A stretch of 63,099 nucleotides of DNA, counting the filler. It is 8 parts of 8 records of this genome, joined end to end, with 100 filler letters (N's around TTAATTAATTAA, not from the genome) between each part and the next. Parts side by side here need not be neighbours in the genome. Positions count along the whole stretch, not along the records: positions 36,421 to 43,389 come from SRR31156797_19940; positions 43,490 to 49,135 come from SRR31156797_19942; 6 more parts are not named here. One strand, written 5' to 3'. This document shows positions 36,584 to 49,235 of this stretch, piece after piece. The translations under genes and the position numbers were made by a program. The number at the start of each line of letters is the position of its first letter. Within the stretch, counting starts at the first letter, position 1. The notes under the pieces are model-generated. The model was not told the DNA's origin, searched no databases, and worked only from the letters and a program-made list of their open reading frames with translations.

Positions 36584-39244
36584 ATGCAAAAACTACTTGG
36601 TAACCTTTCTCTTAGAACAAAGCTTCAAATCTTAACTTTTATTCCATTAGCTGGACTTCTTTATTTTATAATCACTACAGTTGTCCACTCTTATCATCAA
36701 ACATTAGTAATGGACAAACTTACTCCTTTAGTAAAAGTCACAAACAATATAGCAACTTTAGTCAATGAACAAGAGATAGAAAGAAGTTATACCGCAGGCT
36801 TTATCACTAGTGAAGCAGAGATGTTTGAAAATGAATTGATGACACAAAGGACTAAAGTAACAGATCTTTATAATAATACCTTAAACTATATACAAAGTAT
36901 GGATACAGAAGAGGAGATACGTACACGTCTATTAAAGCAGATACAAGAGATCACCGATCGGCTAAGCAACGTTCGAAAACAGATCAGCAAAGAGAATATC
37001 GCAAGTACAAAAGCATCAAATGCTCTTAACTTCTATACCTCTTTAAATAATACTCTTTTAGAAACTCTATTACTTCTTACACATTATAGTGAACACTCAA
37101 ATATCACCTCTGCGATCATAGCTTATTATAATATACTAGCTACAAAAGATGATACAGAACTTATTAGATCATATGGTCTAAATACAATTAGTGAACTTGA
37201 TAAGATCACAGATGATTTTGATAACTCAAAAAATATTCTTTATGGTCAGATCAAACTCAAATCAATTCTCTCTTCAGAAGAGCTAAAATTGACTGTATTT
37301 TTAAAAGTTGTAGATGAAGATACTTTAAAGTTTTATGATGAGATAACAAAAAAAACCAAACTTAATGATTATAATGAGTTTGTAAGATCATTGGCAAATG
37401 ATGAAGATCTTGAACTTTATCAAGGTGAGGGAGAGTATTTTTTTGAGCTTGCTACTAAAAAAATTACTATGATGCAAAAAATAGAAGAACATGTAGCTAA
37501 AAACTTACAAAACTCTATTAACAAACTCAAAACTAAGGCACAAGCAACTTTTATCAGCAATGCAATACTTGGTATTATTGTTTTAACGATCACTATGCTT
37601 CTAGGGTTTTTGATCTATAAAAGAATCGATTCTGATATGCATCTTTTAAAAACAAACCTTCTTAATTTTTTTGATTTTATCTCTAAAAAAACTGATGATA
37701 TACAAATCAAAGATGTAAAGGGTAGTGACGAGTTTGCAACACTTATCAATACGATCAATAAAGAGGTAACAAAAACAAAAGAGATAGCGTATAAAGATAA
37801 TATTGTTTTAAAAGAGATTGATGAAACTATCACAAGAGTAGAAAATGGATTTTTCTCTTATAATATAAAAGCAGAAGCTGGAAGTGATGGGGTTAGACTT
37901 TTAAAGAACAATGTCAATAATATGATCAATACCACAAAAGATAAGCTTGATACCTTAAGAGTTATCTTAGAAGCTTTTGGTCAATACCAATATGATTTTA
38001 AACTCACAAGTGAACAACAAAAAGGGATGGCTGGAGATATTGGAACGCTTAGTACTTCACTCCTTGCTCTTGGAGAGGATATCTCTATCTTTATGGCTAC
38101 GTTTAGTAATGTAATTGACAAACTCAACTCAAATACAAATATCCTTTTAAGTACCTCTTCCTCTTTATCTAATTCATCTAACCAACAAGCTGCCTCACTA
38201 GAAGAAACTGCAGCTTCAGTTGAAGAGGTTACTTCTATTATCCAATCAAATGCAAGTAATATAAAGAGAATGGGATCTTTATCAGATAATTTAAAACAAA
38301 AAGCAAATACAGGAAATACTCTTGCTCATGATACATCAAATGCAATGAAAGAGATCAATGACAAGATACAACAAATCACAGATGCTATCAGTGTTATTGA
38401 TCAAATAGCATTTCAAACCAATATTCTCTCACTCAATGCCGCGGTTGAAGCTGCTACTGCAGGGGAAGCTGGAAAAGGGTTTGCCGTGGTTGCTGGGGAA
38501 GTGAGAAACTTAGCAAGTAGATCTGCTGAAGCTGCCAATGAGATCAAAAATATCGTTGAGAGTGCTACCACAAAAGCGATAGAGGGTCAAAAAGTATCTT
38601 CTAATATGATCGAGGGATATGATGAACTAAATACAACCATTGGAGAGACAAAAGAGATCATTGATACGGTTGCTACTTCATCTGAAAACCAAAGAAATAA
38701 GATCGTTCAGATCAATGAAGCAATTTCACAACTTGATCATATGACACAAGAAAATGCAAAAAGTGCAGCAAATCTTAATGGAATCTCTAATGAAGTGGAA
38801 AAACTCTCAAATGAGATAGAAGTAACCATATCTCAAGCAAAATTTGATCAAAATTATAAAAAAATCGTTTGTGATGCCAATCTAGCACACACCGCTTCAA
38901 AATATAAAAGAGATCATATCTCTTTTAAAAATGAAAACTTTAAAAGACTCAATGAGTTTAAATCATTTCCAGTAACTGATCATAATACTTGTAAAATGGG
39001 ACAATGGATCAAGGAACAAGAGCAGCAAGGAAGTACACTTACTACATTAAGCGCTTGGAGTGAATTAAAACAGATCCATGAAAAAGTCCATAAAGATGTA
39101 CAAAGCTATATTGATGATAATGCCAATAAGGTCTCCCAAAAAGAGCTGGAACAAAAAGCACTCCATATTGAAAGTGATACTTTAGAAGTATTTCATAAAC
39201 TTAATCAAGTGCTTCAATCAAATTGTGAAAAGAGTAAAAAATAA
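36584..39244 (+). CDS. Methyl-accepting chemotaxis protein with NIT-like periplasmic domain and C-terminal CZB domain
   Basis: Two TMs, LVNEQEIERSYTAGF (NIT-like), IAFQTNILSLNAAVEAATAGEAGKGFAVVA and CZB H..FK, CKMGQW, HEKVH. Confidence 0.9.
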   Translation: MQKLLGNLSLRTKLQILTFIPLAGLLYFIITTVVHSYHQTLVMDKLTPLVKVTNNIATLVNEQEIERSYTAGFITSEAEMFENELMTQRTKVTDLYNNTLNYIQSMDTEEEIRTRLLKQIQEITDRLSNVRKQISKENIASTKASNALNFYTSLNNTLLETLLLLTHYSEHSNITSAIIAYYNILATKDDTELIRSYGLNTISELDKITDDFDNSKNILYGQIKLKSILSSEELKLTVFLKVVDEDTLKFYDEITKKTKLNDYNEFVRSLANDEDLELYQGEGEYFFELATKKITMMQKIEEHVAKNLQNSINKLKTKAQATFISNAILGIIVLTITMLLGFLIYKRIDSDMHLLKTNLLNFFDFISKKTDDIQIKDVKGSDEFATLINTINKEVTKTKEIAYKDNIVLKEIDETITRVENGFFSYNIKAEAGSDGVRLLKNNVNNMINTTKDKLDTLRVILEAFGQYQYDFKLTSEQQKGMAGDIGTLSTSLLALGEDISIFMATFSNVIDKLNSNTNILLSTSSSLSNSSNQQAASLEETAASVEEVTSIIQSNASNIKRMGSLSDNLKQKANTGNTLAHDTSNAMKEINDKIQQITDAISVIDQIAFQTNILSLNAAVEAATAGEAGKGFAVVAGEVRNLASRSAEAANEIKNIVESATTKAIEGQKVSSNMIEGYDELNTTIGETKEIIDTVATSSENQRNKIVQINEAISQLDHMTQENAKSAANLNGISNEVEKLSNEIEVTISQAKFDQNYKKIVCDANLAHTASKYKRDHISFKNENFKRLNEFKSFPVTDHNTCKMGQWIKEQEQQGSTLTTLSAWSELKQIHEKVHKDVQSYIDDNANKVSQKELEQKALHIESDTLEVFHKLNQVLQSNCEKSKK

Positions 39245-39315
39245 ACTATTTTATTTTTATTTAGTTTATACAAAGAAAAAGCTACAATAGTCCTATACAA
39301 ACAAAAGGATCTATT

Positions 39316-40047
39316 ATGAAAAAAATACTTCTAAGTTTTTTTATTCTCTTTGCAGTTTTTGCACTTGCTGATAATAAAAGATACGATATAAAATCAGGGA
39401 TCATCAAATACTCAGTGGAAACTAAAGGAAATAGTTTTGGTGTTAATACCCAAATGAAAGGGACACGGACTGTTTATTTTAAAGATTGGGGAGCAGTTGA
39501 ACTTCGAGATGAAAATACTACAGAAAATATTATGGGTCAAATCAATAAAACTAACTCTTTAGTAAAACTAGAAAATGAAAATGCTTATAGTGTTGATTTT
39601 GAACAAAATGTTATTATCAAAATGGATATTGGACAATTTAATCAAAATACAAAACTCAATAGTGAAAAGATGTTAAAAACACTAAATGGACAAAAAATAG
39701 GTACAGAAAAAGTTTTAGGCTATAAATGTGATATTTGGGAAGTATTGGGTTCTAAAGTTTGGGTCTATAAAGGTGTCCCTTTAAAAGTTGAAAGTACTAT
39801 GATGGGAATCAAAACCATTGAGATCGCAAGTTCTGCTAAGTTTAATACCTCAATCCCTTCAAATAAATTTGATCTACCTAATTTTCCTGTAAAATCGTTT
39901 GCTCAAATGATGAATGAAGAGATGGGTGGAGAGATGCAAGAAGAATCAGATGAAACAGAAAGTTTCCAAATGCCTCCAAATATGCCTTCTCAAGAGGAGA
40001 TGATGAAGATGTTGCAAAACTTTCAAAAAAATATGAATACAAACTAA
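39316..40047 (+). CDS. Secreted DUF4412-like protein
   Basis: Signal peptide, YDIKSGIIKY, VYFKDWG, GTEKVLGYKCDIW and VWVYKGVPLK. Confidence 0.6.
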   Translation: MKKILLSFFILFAVFALADNKRYDIKSGIIKYSVETKGNSFGVNTQMKGTRTVYFKDWGAVELRDENTTENIMGQINKTNSLVKLENENAYSVDFEQNVIIKMDIGQFNQNTKLNSEKMLKTLNGQKIGTEKVLGYKCDIWEVLGSKVWVYKGVPLKVESTMMGIKTIEIASSAKFNTSIPSNKFDLPNFPVKSFAQMMNEEMGGEMQEESDETESFQMPPNMPSQEEMMKMLQNFQKNMNTN

Positions 40048-40049
40048 AA

Positions 40050-40079
40050 AAGAGGATCGTCTATTAAGATGATCCTCTT
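40050..40079. terminator. Bidirectional hairpin terminator between convergent genes
   Basis: AAGAGGATCGTC-TATTAA-GATGATCCTCTT preceded by an A-run. Confidence 0.7.
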
Positions 40080-40455
40080 AAATAATACCTAACCATTTTT
40101 TAGCTTTCTTTTCCTCTTCAAAATACTCCATTTGTACATGGGTAAACCAATTAGCAACCTTGATACCATATTCATAAAAAGTACTATTTCCAACAACTGC
40201 AATCTGTGTAAACTCAAAGTTATGTTTCAAACCAAACTTTAGATCATCCCACATCGCTTGAAGCTCAAAGCCATCAAGTTCAGTAATATCGACTAACATT
40301 TTCACTTTAGGCTCTTTTACACATTGTAACTCTTGTTCAAACATTGGAACAAACTGTTCATAATCTTTATGAGTAAGTTTTCCAACAATTTTAAGGTATC
40401 CGTAAAATTGCTCACCTAATCCTTGAAACTCAAAATAAAATCTTTTTTCTTCCAT
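40078..40455 (-). CDS. SpoIIAA-like (STAS/SEC14) domain protein
   Basis: GKLTHKDY, MWDDLKFGLKH, IAVVG and AKKWL. Confidence 0.85.
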   Translation of the reverse strand: MEEKRFYFEFQGLGEQFYGYLKIVGKLTHKDYEQFVPMFEQELQCVKEPKVKMLVDITELDGFELQAMWDDLKFGLKHNFEFTQIAVVGNSTFYEYGIKVANWFTHVQMEYFEEEKKAKKWLGII

Positions 40456-40648
40456 TGTAGACCCCTTTTAAATTAGGATGTTAGTTTATAATATCTAATT
40501 ATACATCCTATTTATTAAGTAGATGAAAAATTTAAAAACTAATTGAAGATCCCAAACTATTCATCTAAAACTATATTTTTAACTCTAAAAGTAAAATATT
40601 TTATGATATAATAAAGTTTATGTAAAAATTATAAAAATAAGGTTTCAT

Positions 40649-43389
40649 TTGATAAATAGATTTTTTCAATTATTATCACTTATCATTATCCTTTTTTCCT
40701 CTTTACATGGGAAAGAAACTGATGTAAAAAATATTATTCAAATGACAAAACAACAGGTGTTTGAGCTTAATATTGATAATATTAAAAGTTCAATAATCCC
40801 ATATATCAAAGACAAACCCTATATACAACAAATCGTAATAAAAGACACCCTTACCCAAGAGATCATCTTTGGCTTAGAGCAAAAAAATACAAAAATAAAT
40901 ATAGATAACGATCTAGCTTTTATCTGTCCTAATAATACCACTCAATTTATTTCTAATATAGTATATGAGGGGGACACTATCGGCGAAATATCATTATGTA
41001 CCATTACTCAAACAAATAATTTTTCTCAACTCAATTTAACACAAAAAGAGAAAAAATGGCTTAAAGATCATCCAACAATTAGAGTACACAATGAAAAAAA
41101 CTGGGCTCCAATGAACTTTAATAAACATGGTATCCCAGCTGGATTTTCAATCGATTTTATGAATCTGCTTGCACAAAAAGTAGGATTAAATATTGAATAT
41201 ATCACTGGTGAATGGAATGATCTTTATAATCAAGCCTTAAATAAAAAACTTGATGTAATGCTTAATATTGCAAAAAATGTTGATCGAGAAAAATACTTTT
41301 TATTTACAACTCCATATCAAAGTAATGTGACAGCAATATATGGAAAAAAAGATGATAGTTCTATCTCCTCAATTCAGTCACTTTATGGAAGAAAAGTAGC
41401 AATTGTTGATGGCTTTTATCATGAAAACTATATCAAAGAAGAGTTTCCTTTAGTTCAAGTGATCATAAAGAAAAATGTAAAAGAGTCTTTACAAAGTGTG
41501 TGTTCAGGGGAAACCGATGCTACAATAGGAGCCTTTATTGTAAACAATCACCTTATTAATGAGATAGTTTGTAATAATGTAGAGTTTAAAAATGAGTTAC
41601 AAACACAAGATACACTTGATCTGCATATTGGGATAAGAAATGATTATCCAGAACTCCATTCTATTTTACAAAAAGCTATAGCAAGTGTAGGTTCAAATGA
41701 GCTAAATAATATGAGAAGAAAATGGATATCACTTGATACAAATACTCAAAAGATCTCCCTCACTGAAAATGAGAGAGAATGGATACAAAAACACCCTGTA
41801 ATTGATATAGGTGGGGAGATGGACTGGGCACCATTTGATTTTGTAGATGAATCTGGACAATATAATGGTCTGACCAAAGATTATCTTGATCTTATCTCTT
41901 CCCTTACAGGCTTAGAATTTAAAGTGCATACAGGAGAAACATGGGGTCAACTCCTTAACTCTTTTAAACAAGGCAAATATGCCATGCTTCCTGCAATCTA
42001 TTTTTCAAAAGAGAGAGAATACTTTATGAATTTTTCCAATCCTTATTTAAAAATAAGCGATTATTATATCACTAAAAATGGATATGAACAAATAGATGAT
42101 ATAAAACAACTCTTTGGAAAAAAGGTTGCTGCTATCAAAGGGTATGAGATAACTTCGTGGTTAAAAAAGAATTACCCACAAATCAAACTAATAGAATACG
42201 ACACCTTATTAGAAACCTTACGTGCTGTTGAATCTGGTACAGCTGTAGCTACAATACAAGATAATCCATCTTCAACATATATTATGGAGAAAAACTTTAT
42301 CACCTCTTTAAAGATAAATAATCTTTTGAAAAATAGAAAACCAGTAAGTCTTCATATGGGAATTCAAAAAGAGTATCCAATACTCCTCACTATAATTAAT
42401 AAAGCATTAAAGAATATTACAAGAGAAGAGAAAAAAAAGATCTCTAATAGATGGATGAGTGAAATTGATACAAAGTCTACTATTTTAAACCTATCACTTG
42501 AAGAGATAGAATGGCTTAGCACAAAACCTGTTATCAAATTTGCAGTTGATCCAAACTGGCTTCCTATTGAAGCTATTAATAAAGATTCTCATACCTATGA
42601 GGGGATGATGGCAGATTATTTAGAAAAAATCAAACTACTCTCAGGCATAGAGTTTGAGCTTGTTCCAACACAAAAATGGACTGATTCAGTTGAGTTAGCA
42701 AAAGCTGGTAAAATAGATATGTTAGCAGCTGCTAGTATGACTCCTGAACGACAAGAGTTTCTAAACTTTACAAATACCACTTTAAAATTAACTGATGGTG
42801 TTATTATGAGAAGTGATGGAAGTTTTATCTCAGACCTCACTGATCTAAATGGTAAAAAAGTAGGCGTATCAGATGGTACTTCTTTACATAATCTTTTAAA
42901 AACTAATTATCCAAAGATCATAATAGTTCCAATAAAAGGAACCCAAAATGGTATTAATGCACTTGCAAAAGGGGATATAGATGCCTTTGTAGGAAACTTG
43001 GAAGTTGTAAGTTATATTATTTTTTCTAAAAACTTACTCAACTTAAAAGTTGTTTTAAAACTAGATACAAGTAGACAACTCCATATAGCACTCAAAAAAG
43101 AATATTCAAACTTTGCACTATCAATTATAAATAAATCGATCCAAGCAATCTCAAATGAAGAGATAAATCTTATTCGCCAAAAATGGGTAGGATTAAAAGT
43201 GCATGATGAGACTGATTATATGCTTTTACTAAAAATCTCCATAGTGATAGTGATCGTTTTTCTTCTCCTTGCTTACTATAATAGAAAACTAAAAAAAATG
43301 GTAGAGCATAAAACAAAAGATATCCAAGAACAAAAACAAGAGCTAGAAACCTTAGTAGGACAATTTGATAAAAATGTGATCTTTTCAAA
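40649..43389 (+). CDS. BvgS/EvgS-like sensor with three tandem family-3 solute-binding modules, 3' truncated
   Basis: Three repeats: LTQKEKKWL..WAPMNF, LTENEREWI..WAPFDF and LSLEEIEWL..WLPIE. Then a TM and the start of a cytoplasmic PAS-like segment. Confidence 0.85.
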
Positions 43390-43489
43390 NNNNNNNNNNN
43401 NNNNNNNNNNNNNNNNNNNNNNNNNNNNNNNNNTTAATTAATTAANNNNNNNNNNNNNNNNNNNNNNNNNNNNNNNNNNNNNNNNNNNN
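43390..43489. other. Artificial contig linker
   Basis: N44-TTAATTAATTAA-N44. Confidence 0.99.
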
Positions 43490-44379
43490 CAACTGAAGAG
43501 TCAGTAATGACCTTCTCTCCATACTGTGTTGACACAGAACTCAATAATAAGATCGTTAAGGTTAAATATCCTATCAACTATCTTACAAACTTCGGTGCTG
43601 TACCTTCATTCTGGCCTGGATCTTCAGAAGATAAAGGCTACTATGATCCAGCTGTAAACATCTGTTCAACAGTTGACCCAAGTAATCCTGGAAGATATGT
43701 ACCTCTTCACGCTGGCTGGATCTACTTTGATAAGATGTGGCCTAACTACTGGGCAATGGGTAACATGGCTAACGTATCTGCTGATACATCAGTTCTTAGA
43801 AGATGGCTCACTAACGTGATCCCTGTTCATGAGATCAGCCTCTACCCGACTGCTGATATCAATGAGGTTCAGTTCCTTAATCAGGATGAGAACCACTACT
43901 ACAGAGCTGGTATTCCGTTGAGTGCAATGGATAATGCTGATGCTTCTGGTTACAGATCTTGGAGAGCATGTAGAACTACTCTTCTTGAAAACGGTGTTAA
44001 GGACCATACTCCTTGTCTTGCTGACTTCGTATGGCCTGAATGGCATCTTACTGAAACTGTTACTGCTGCTAATCCTGACTGGACAACTGAAGAAGTTGCT
44101 ACAGAGGTTGCTAGAATACAGACTGATGGTGAAGATGTTAGATTCGCTACAATTGATGATGCGTCTAAGTATCTTGGTGACAAGTATGCTAGATATGCAC
44201 CATCATACAGAGTTGTAAGAGATGCTAAAATCCTCAAAGAAAAGGAACTGTTCGATGCAGCTTCCGGTTCTGTTGAGCCTTACAGCCGTCTTGTTATCAT
44301 GGAGACAACTCTTGACCAGCTCAATGAGTTCGTTAAAGATCAGTTTGGAACAGCTCCATTCTACGTATCAAATTACTAG
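43490..44379 (+). CDS. Hypothetical protein, C-terminal part (5' truncated)
   Basis: Frame is open from the contig edge, with strongly biased codon use and a strong terminator. No family recognised. Confidence 0.7.
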
Positions 44380-44400
44380 TTGATACAGATCTCAATTTAT

Positions 44401-44429
44401 AAGGGAGGCTTCGGCCTCCCTTTTTTTTT
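44401..44429 (+). terminator. Rho-independent terminator
   Basis: AAGGGAGGC-TTCG-GCCTCCCTT plus a T-run. Confidence 0.95.
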
Positions 44430-44506
44430 CATTACATTTCCTGAAACAGGTCGCATTTAAAAAGATGAAAAAAATGACACCTGAGTTCAAAAAAGTCTAT
44501 AACGTC

Positions 44507-44535
44507 TTGACAGAGATGAGGATTTCTGCTATAGG
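44507..44535 (+). promoter_or_regulatory. Sigma70-type promoter
   Basis: TTGACA, 17 bp, TATAGG, with TG extended -10. Confidence 0.6.
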
Positions 44536-44571
44536 ATAACGGTGGTTTTTGGAATTTAATCAGGTAGTAAA

Positions 44572-47344
<2,773 letters not shown>

Positions 47345-47479
47345 GCTTTAACCAACCAGCATATCCTTGATTTAAAACTCCTTTAATGTTAGTGTCTTGA
47401 GTAAAAGGATGTGTGTCTTCTCAAAAGTTTGCAGAAGTGAAGAAAATTTGTGAAAAATTTACTATAGTGAAGAGAAAAG

Positions 47480-48070
47480 GTGTATAGGAAAAGAATTAAA
47501 GAGGTTAGAAGACTTTTAAAAATTAAGCAAAAAGATATGGCACAAAAGCTGGACGTATCAGCTTCATATCTTAGTTCTATTGAGTCTGAGACCAGAGGGG
47601 CTAATGGAAAATTGATAATCAGGTTTCTCAATGAGTTTGATGTGAGTTCTTCATGGCTTTATAAGGGGATAGGTCCTGTTTTTAATGATTTTGATTCCTG
47701 TGTTTATGTAAGTCCTGCTGTTGTTCATGAAAAAGAATCCGGTTATAGCATTCCTGTTCCTAAGAATTATATCGAAAAGGAGTTTAGTTTTTTGAGCGAG
47801 AAGCTTCTTTATTACACGATAGAAAATAACAATATGGCTCCTACTTTGAATATGGGGGATATTGTACTTGTTGATACCACTGAGAATAATATTAAAGCAG
47901 AGGGAATCTATCTTGTTAAAATTAATGGTGTAAAGACTCTGCGAAGGTTGCTTTTTACTCCGGAATTGAATCTTCAGTTTGATAACGAAACTTTAAAAAA
48001 TGGTATGATCCTTGTGGACTCAACTGTTGAATTTGTTGGAAAAGTTGTCTGGTTCGGAAGAAAAATCTAA
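47480..48070 (+). CDS. XRE-HTH plus S24-like (CI/LexA-type) repressor with altered catalytic residues
   Basis: HTH IKQKDMAQKLDVSASYLSSIE, WLYKGIG, NNNMAPTLNMGDIVLVD, GIYLV and VGKVVWFGR. Confidence 0.82.
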   Translation: MYRKRIKEVRRLLKIKQKDMAQKLDVSASYLSSIESETRGANGKLIIRFLNEFDVSSSWLYKGIGPVFNDFDSCVYVSPAVVHEKESGYSIPVPKNYIEKEFSFLSEKLLYYTIENNNMAPTLNMGDIVLVDTTENNIKAEGIYLVKINGVKTLRRLLFTPELNLQFDNETLKNGMILVDSTVEFVGKVVWFGRKI

Positions 48071-48079
48071 TAATTCATC

Positions 48080-48108
48080 TTGACAAATTAGCCTAGGCTA
48101 ACTATCAT
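48080..48108 (+). promoter_or_regulatory. feoAB promoter with DtxR/IdeR-like palindrome
   Basis: TTGACA (48080), 17 bp, TATCAT (48103). The perfect palindrome TTAGCCTAGGCTAA (48088-48101) fills the spacer. Confidence 0.82.
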
Positions 48109-48137
48109 CGTTTCGTTTGTTGTAACGGAGCTTTGAT

Positions 48138-48362
48138 ATGAATCTTTCTGATGTTCAAAACGGCAAAAAAGGCCAAATCCTAGAGATGGATGCCGGCAAA
48201 AGATTATTTAACAGACTTGTGTCTATGGGCATCAATGAAGGCAATGAATTCATAGTTGTAAGAAATAATCGAAATGGTCCGGTCGTAATAGATGTTGACG
48301 GCAGTAGATTCGCTATCGGAAGAGGAATGGCTGAAAAGATCCTTGTTAAGGAAGCTGACTGA
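48138..48362 (+). CDS. feoA: Ferrous iron transport protein A
   Basis: RLVSMGI, GPVVI and SRFAIGRGMAEKILV. Directly upstream of feoB. Confidence 0.93.
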   Translation: MNLSDVQNGKKGQILEMDAGKRLFNRLVSMGINEGNEFIVVRNNRNGPVVIDVDGSRFAIGRGMAEKILVKEAD

Positions 48363-49135
48363 TGACAAAGAAAATAAAACTCGCTATAGCTGGCAATCCG
48401 AACGTTGGTAAAAGCACACTTTTTAATATGCTTGTCGGCTCTAATCAGCATGTAGGAAACTACTCAGGTGTAACGGTCGAGCACAAGGAAGGTTGTGTTA
48501 ACTGTGATGGTTATGAGTTTGTGGCTACTGATCTTCCAGGTATTTATTCAATGAATGCTTTTTCTCCGGAAGAAGTGGTAACAAGAAACTACATTGCTAA
48601 TGAGAACCCTGACCTTATCATTAATATAATTGATGCGTCTAACCTCATTAAAAATCTATATCTAACATTGCAGATCCTGGAAATGAAGGTGCCGGTAATT
48701 ATTTTTCTTAACATGATGGATAGTGTTGAGAAAAAAGGATATGACATTTATCCTGATGTTCTTGAGCGTGAAATAGAAACTCCTGTTGTCTCCGGAGTAG
48801 CAAGGGCAGGAAAAGGGATAGATGAGCTTAAACAGAAATGTATCGAGGTTTTTGAGAATAAGCCTGAACCTACGACAGTTCCATATTCAGAAAACATAAA
48901 GGGATATATCAAGGAAATTAAGAATGTTTTTTCAAAACACAATCACGATGGTCATCACGGGCCTGATTTTGCCGAAGATTGGAGAGCAATAAGGCTTATT
49001 GAGGGAAGTGACACAGATCTCAATGAGGTTCTTCCTGAGGATGTTTTGGAGATCCATAATATTATACAGAGGCTTAACAAGGAATCAGGGCACAAGGTTC
49101 ATTCAATGGTCATGGTTCAGGAAAGATACGGATTA
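48362..49135 (+). CDS. feoB: Ferrous iron transport protein B, N-terminal GTPase part (3' truncated)
   Basis: GNPNVGKSTLFN, VGNYSGVTVE, DLPGIYS and LNMMD. Confidence 0.95.
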
Positions 49136-49235
49136 NNNNNNNNNNNNNNNNNNNNNNNNNNNNNNNNNNNNNNNNNNNNTTAATTAATTAANNNNNNNNN
49201 NNNNNNNNNNNNNNNNNNNNNNNNNNNNNNNNNNN
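49136..49235. other. Artificial contig linker
   Basis: N44-TTAATTAATTAA-N44. Confidence 0.99.
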
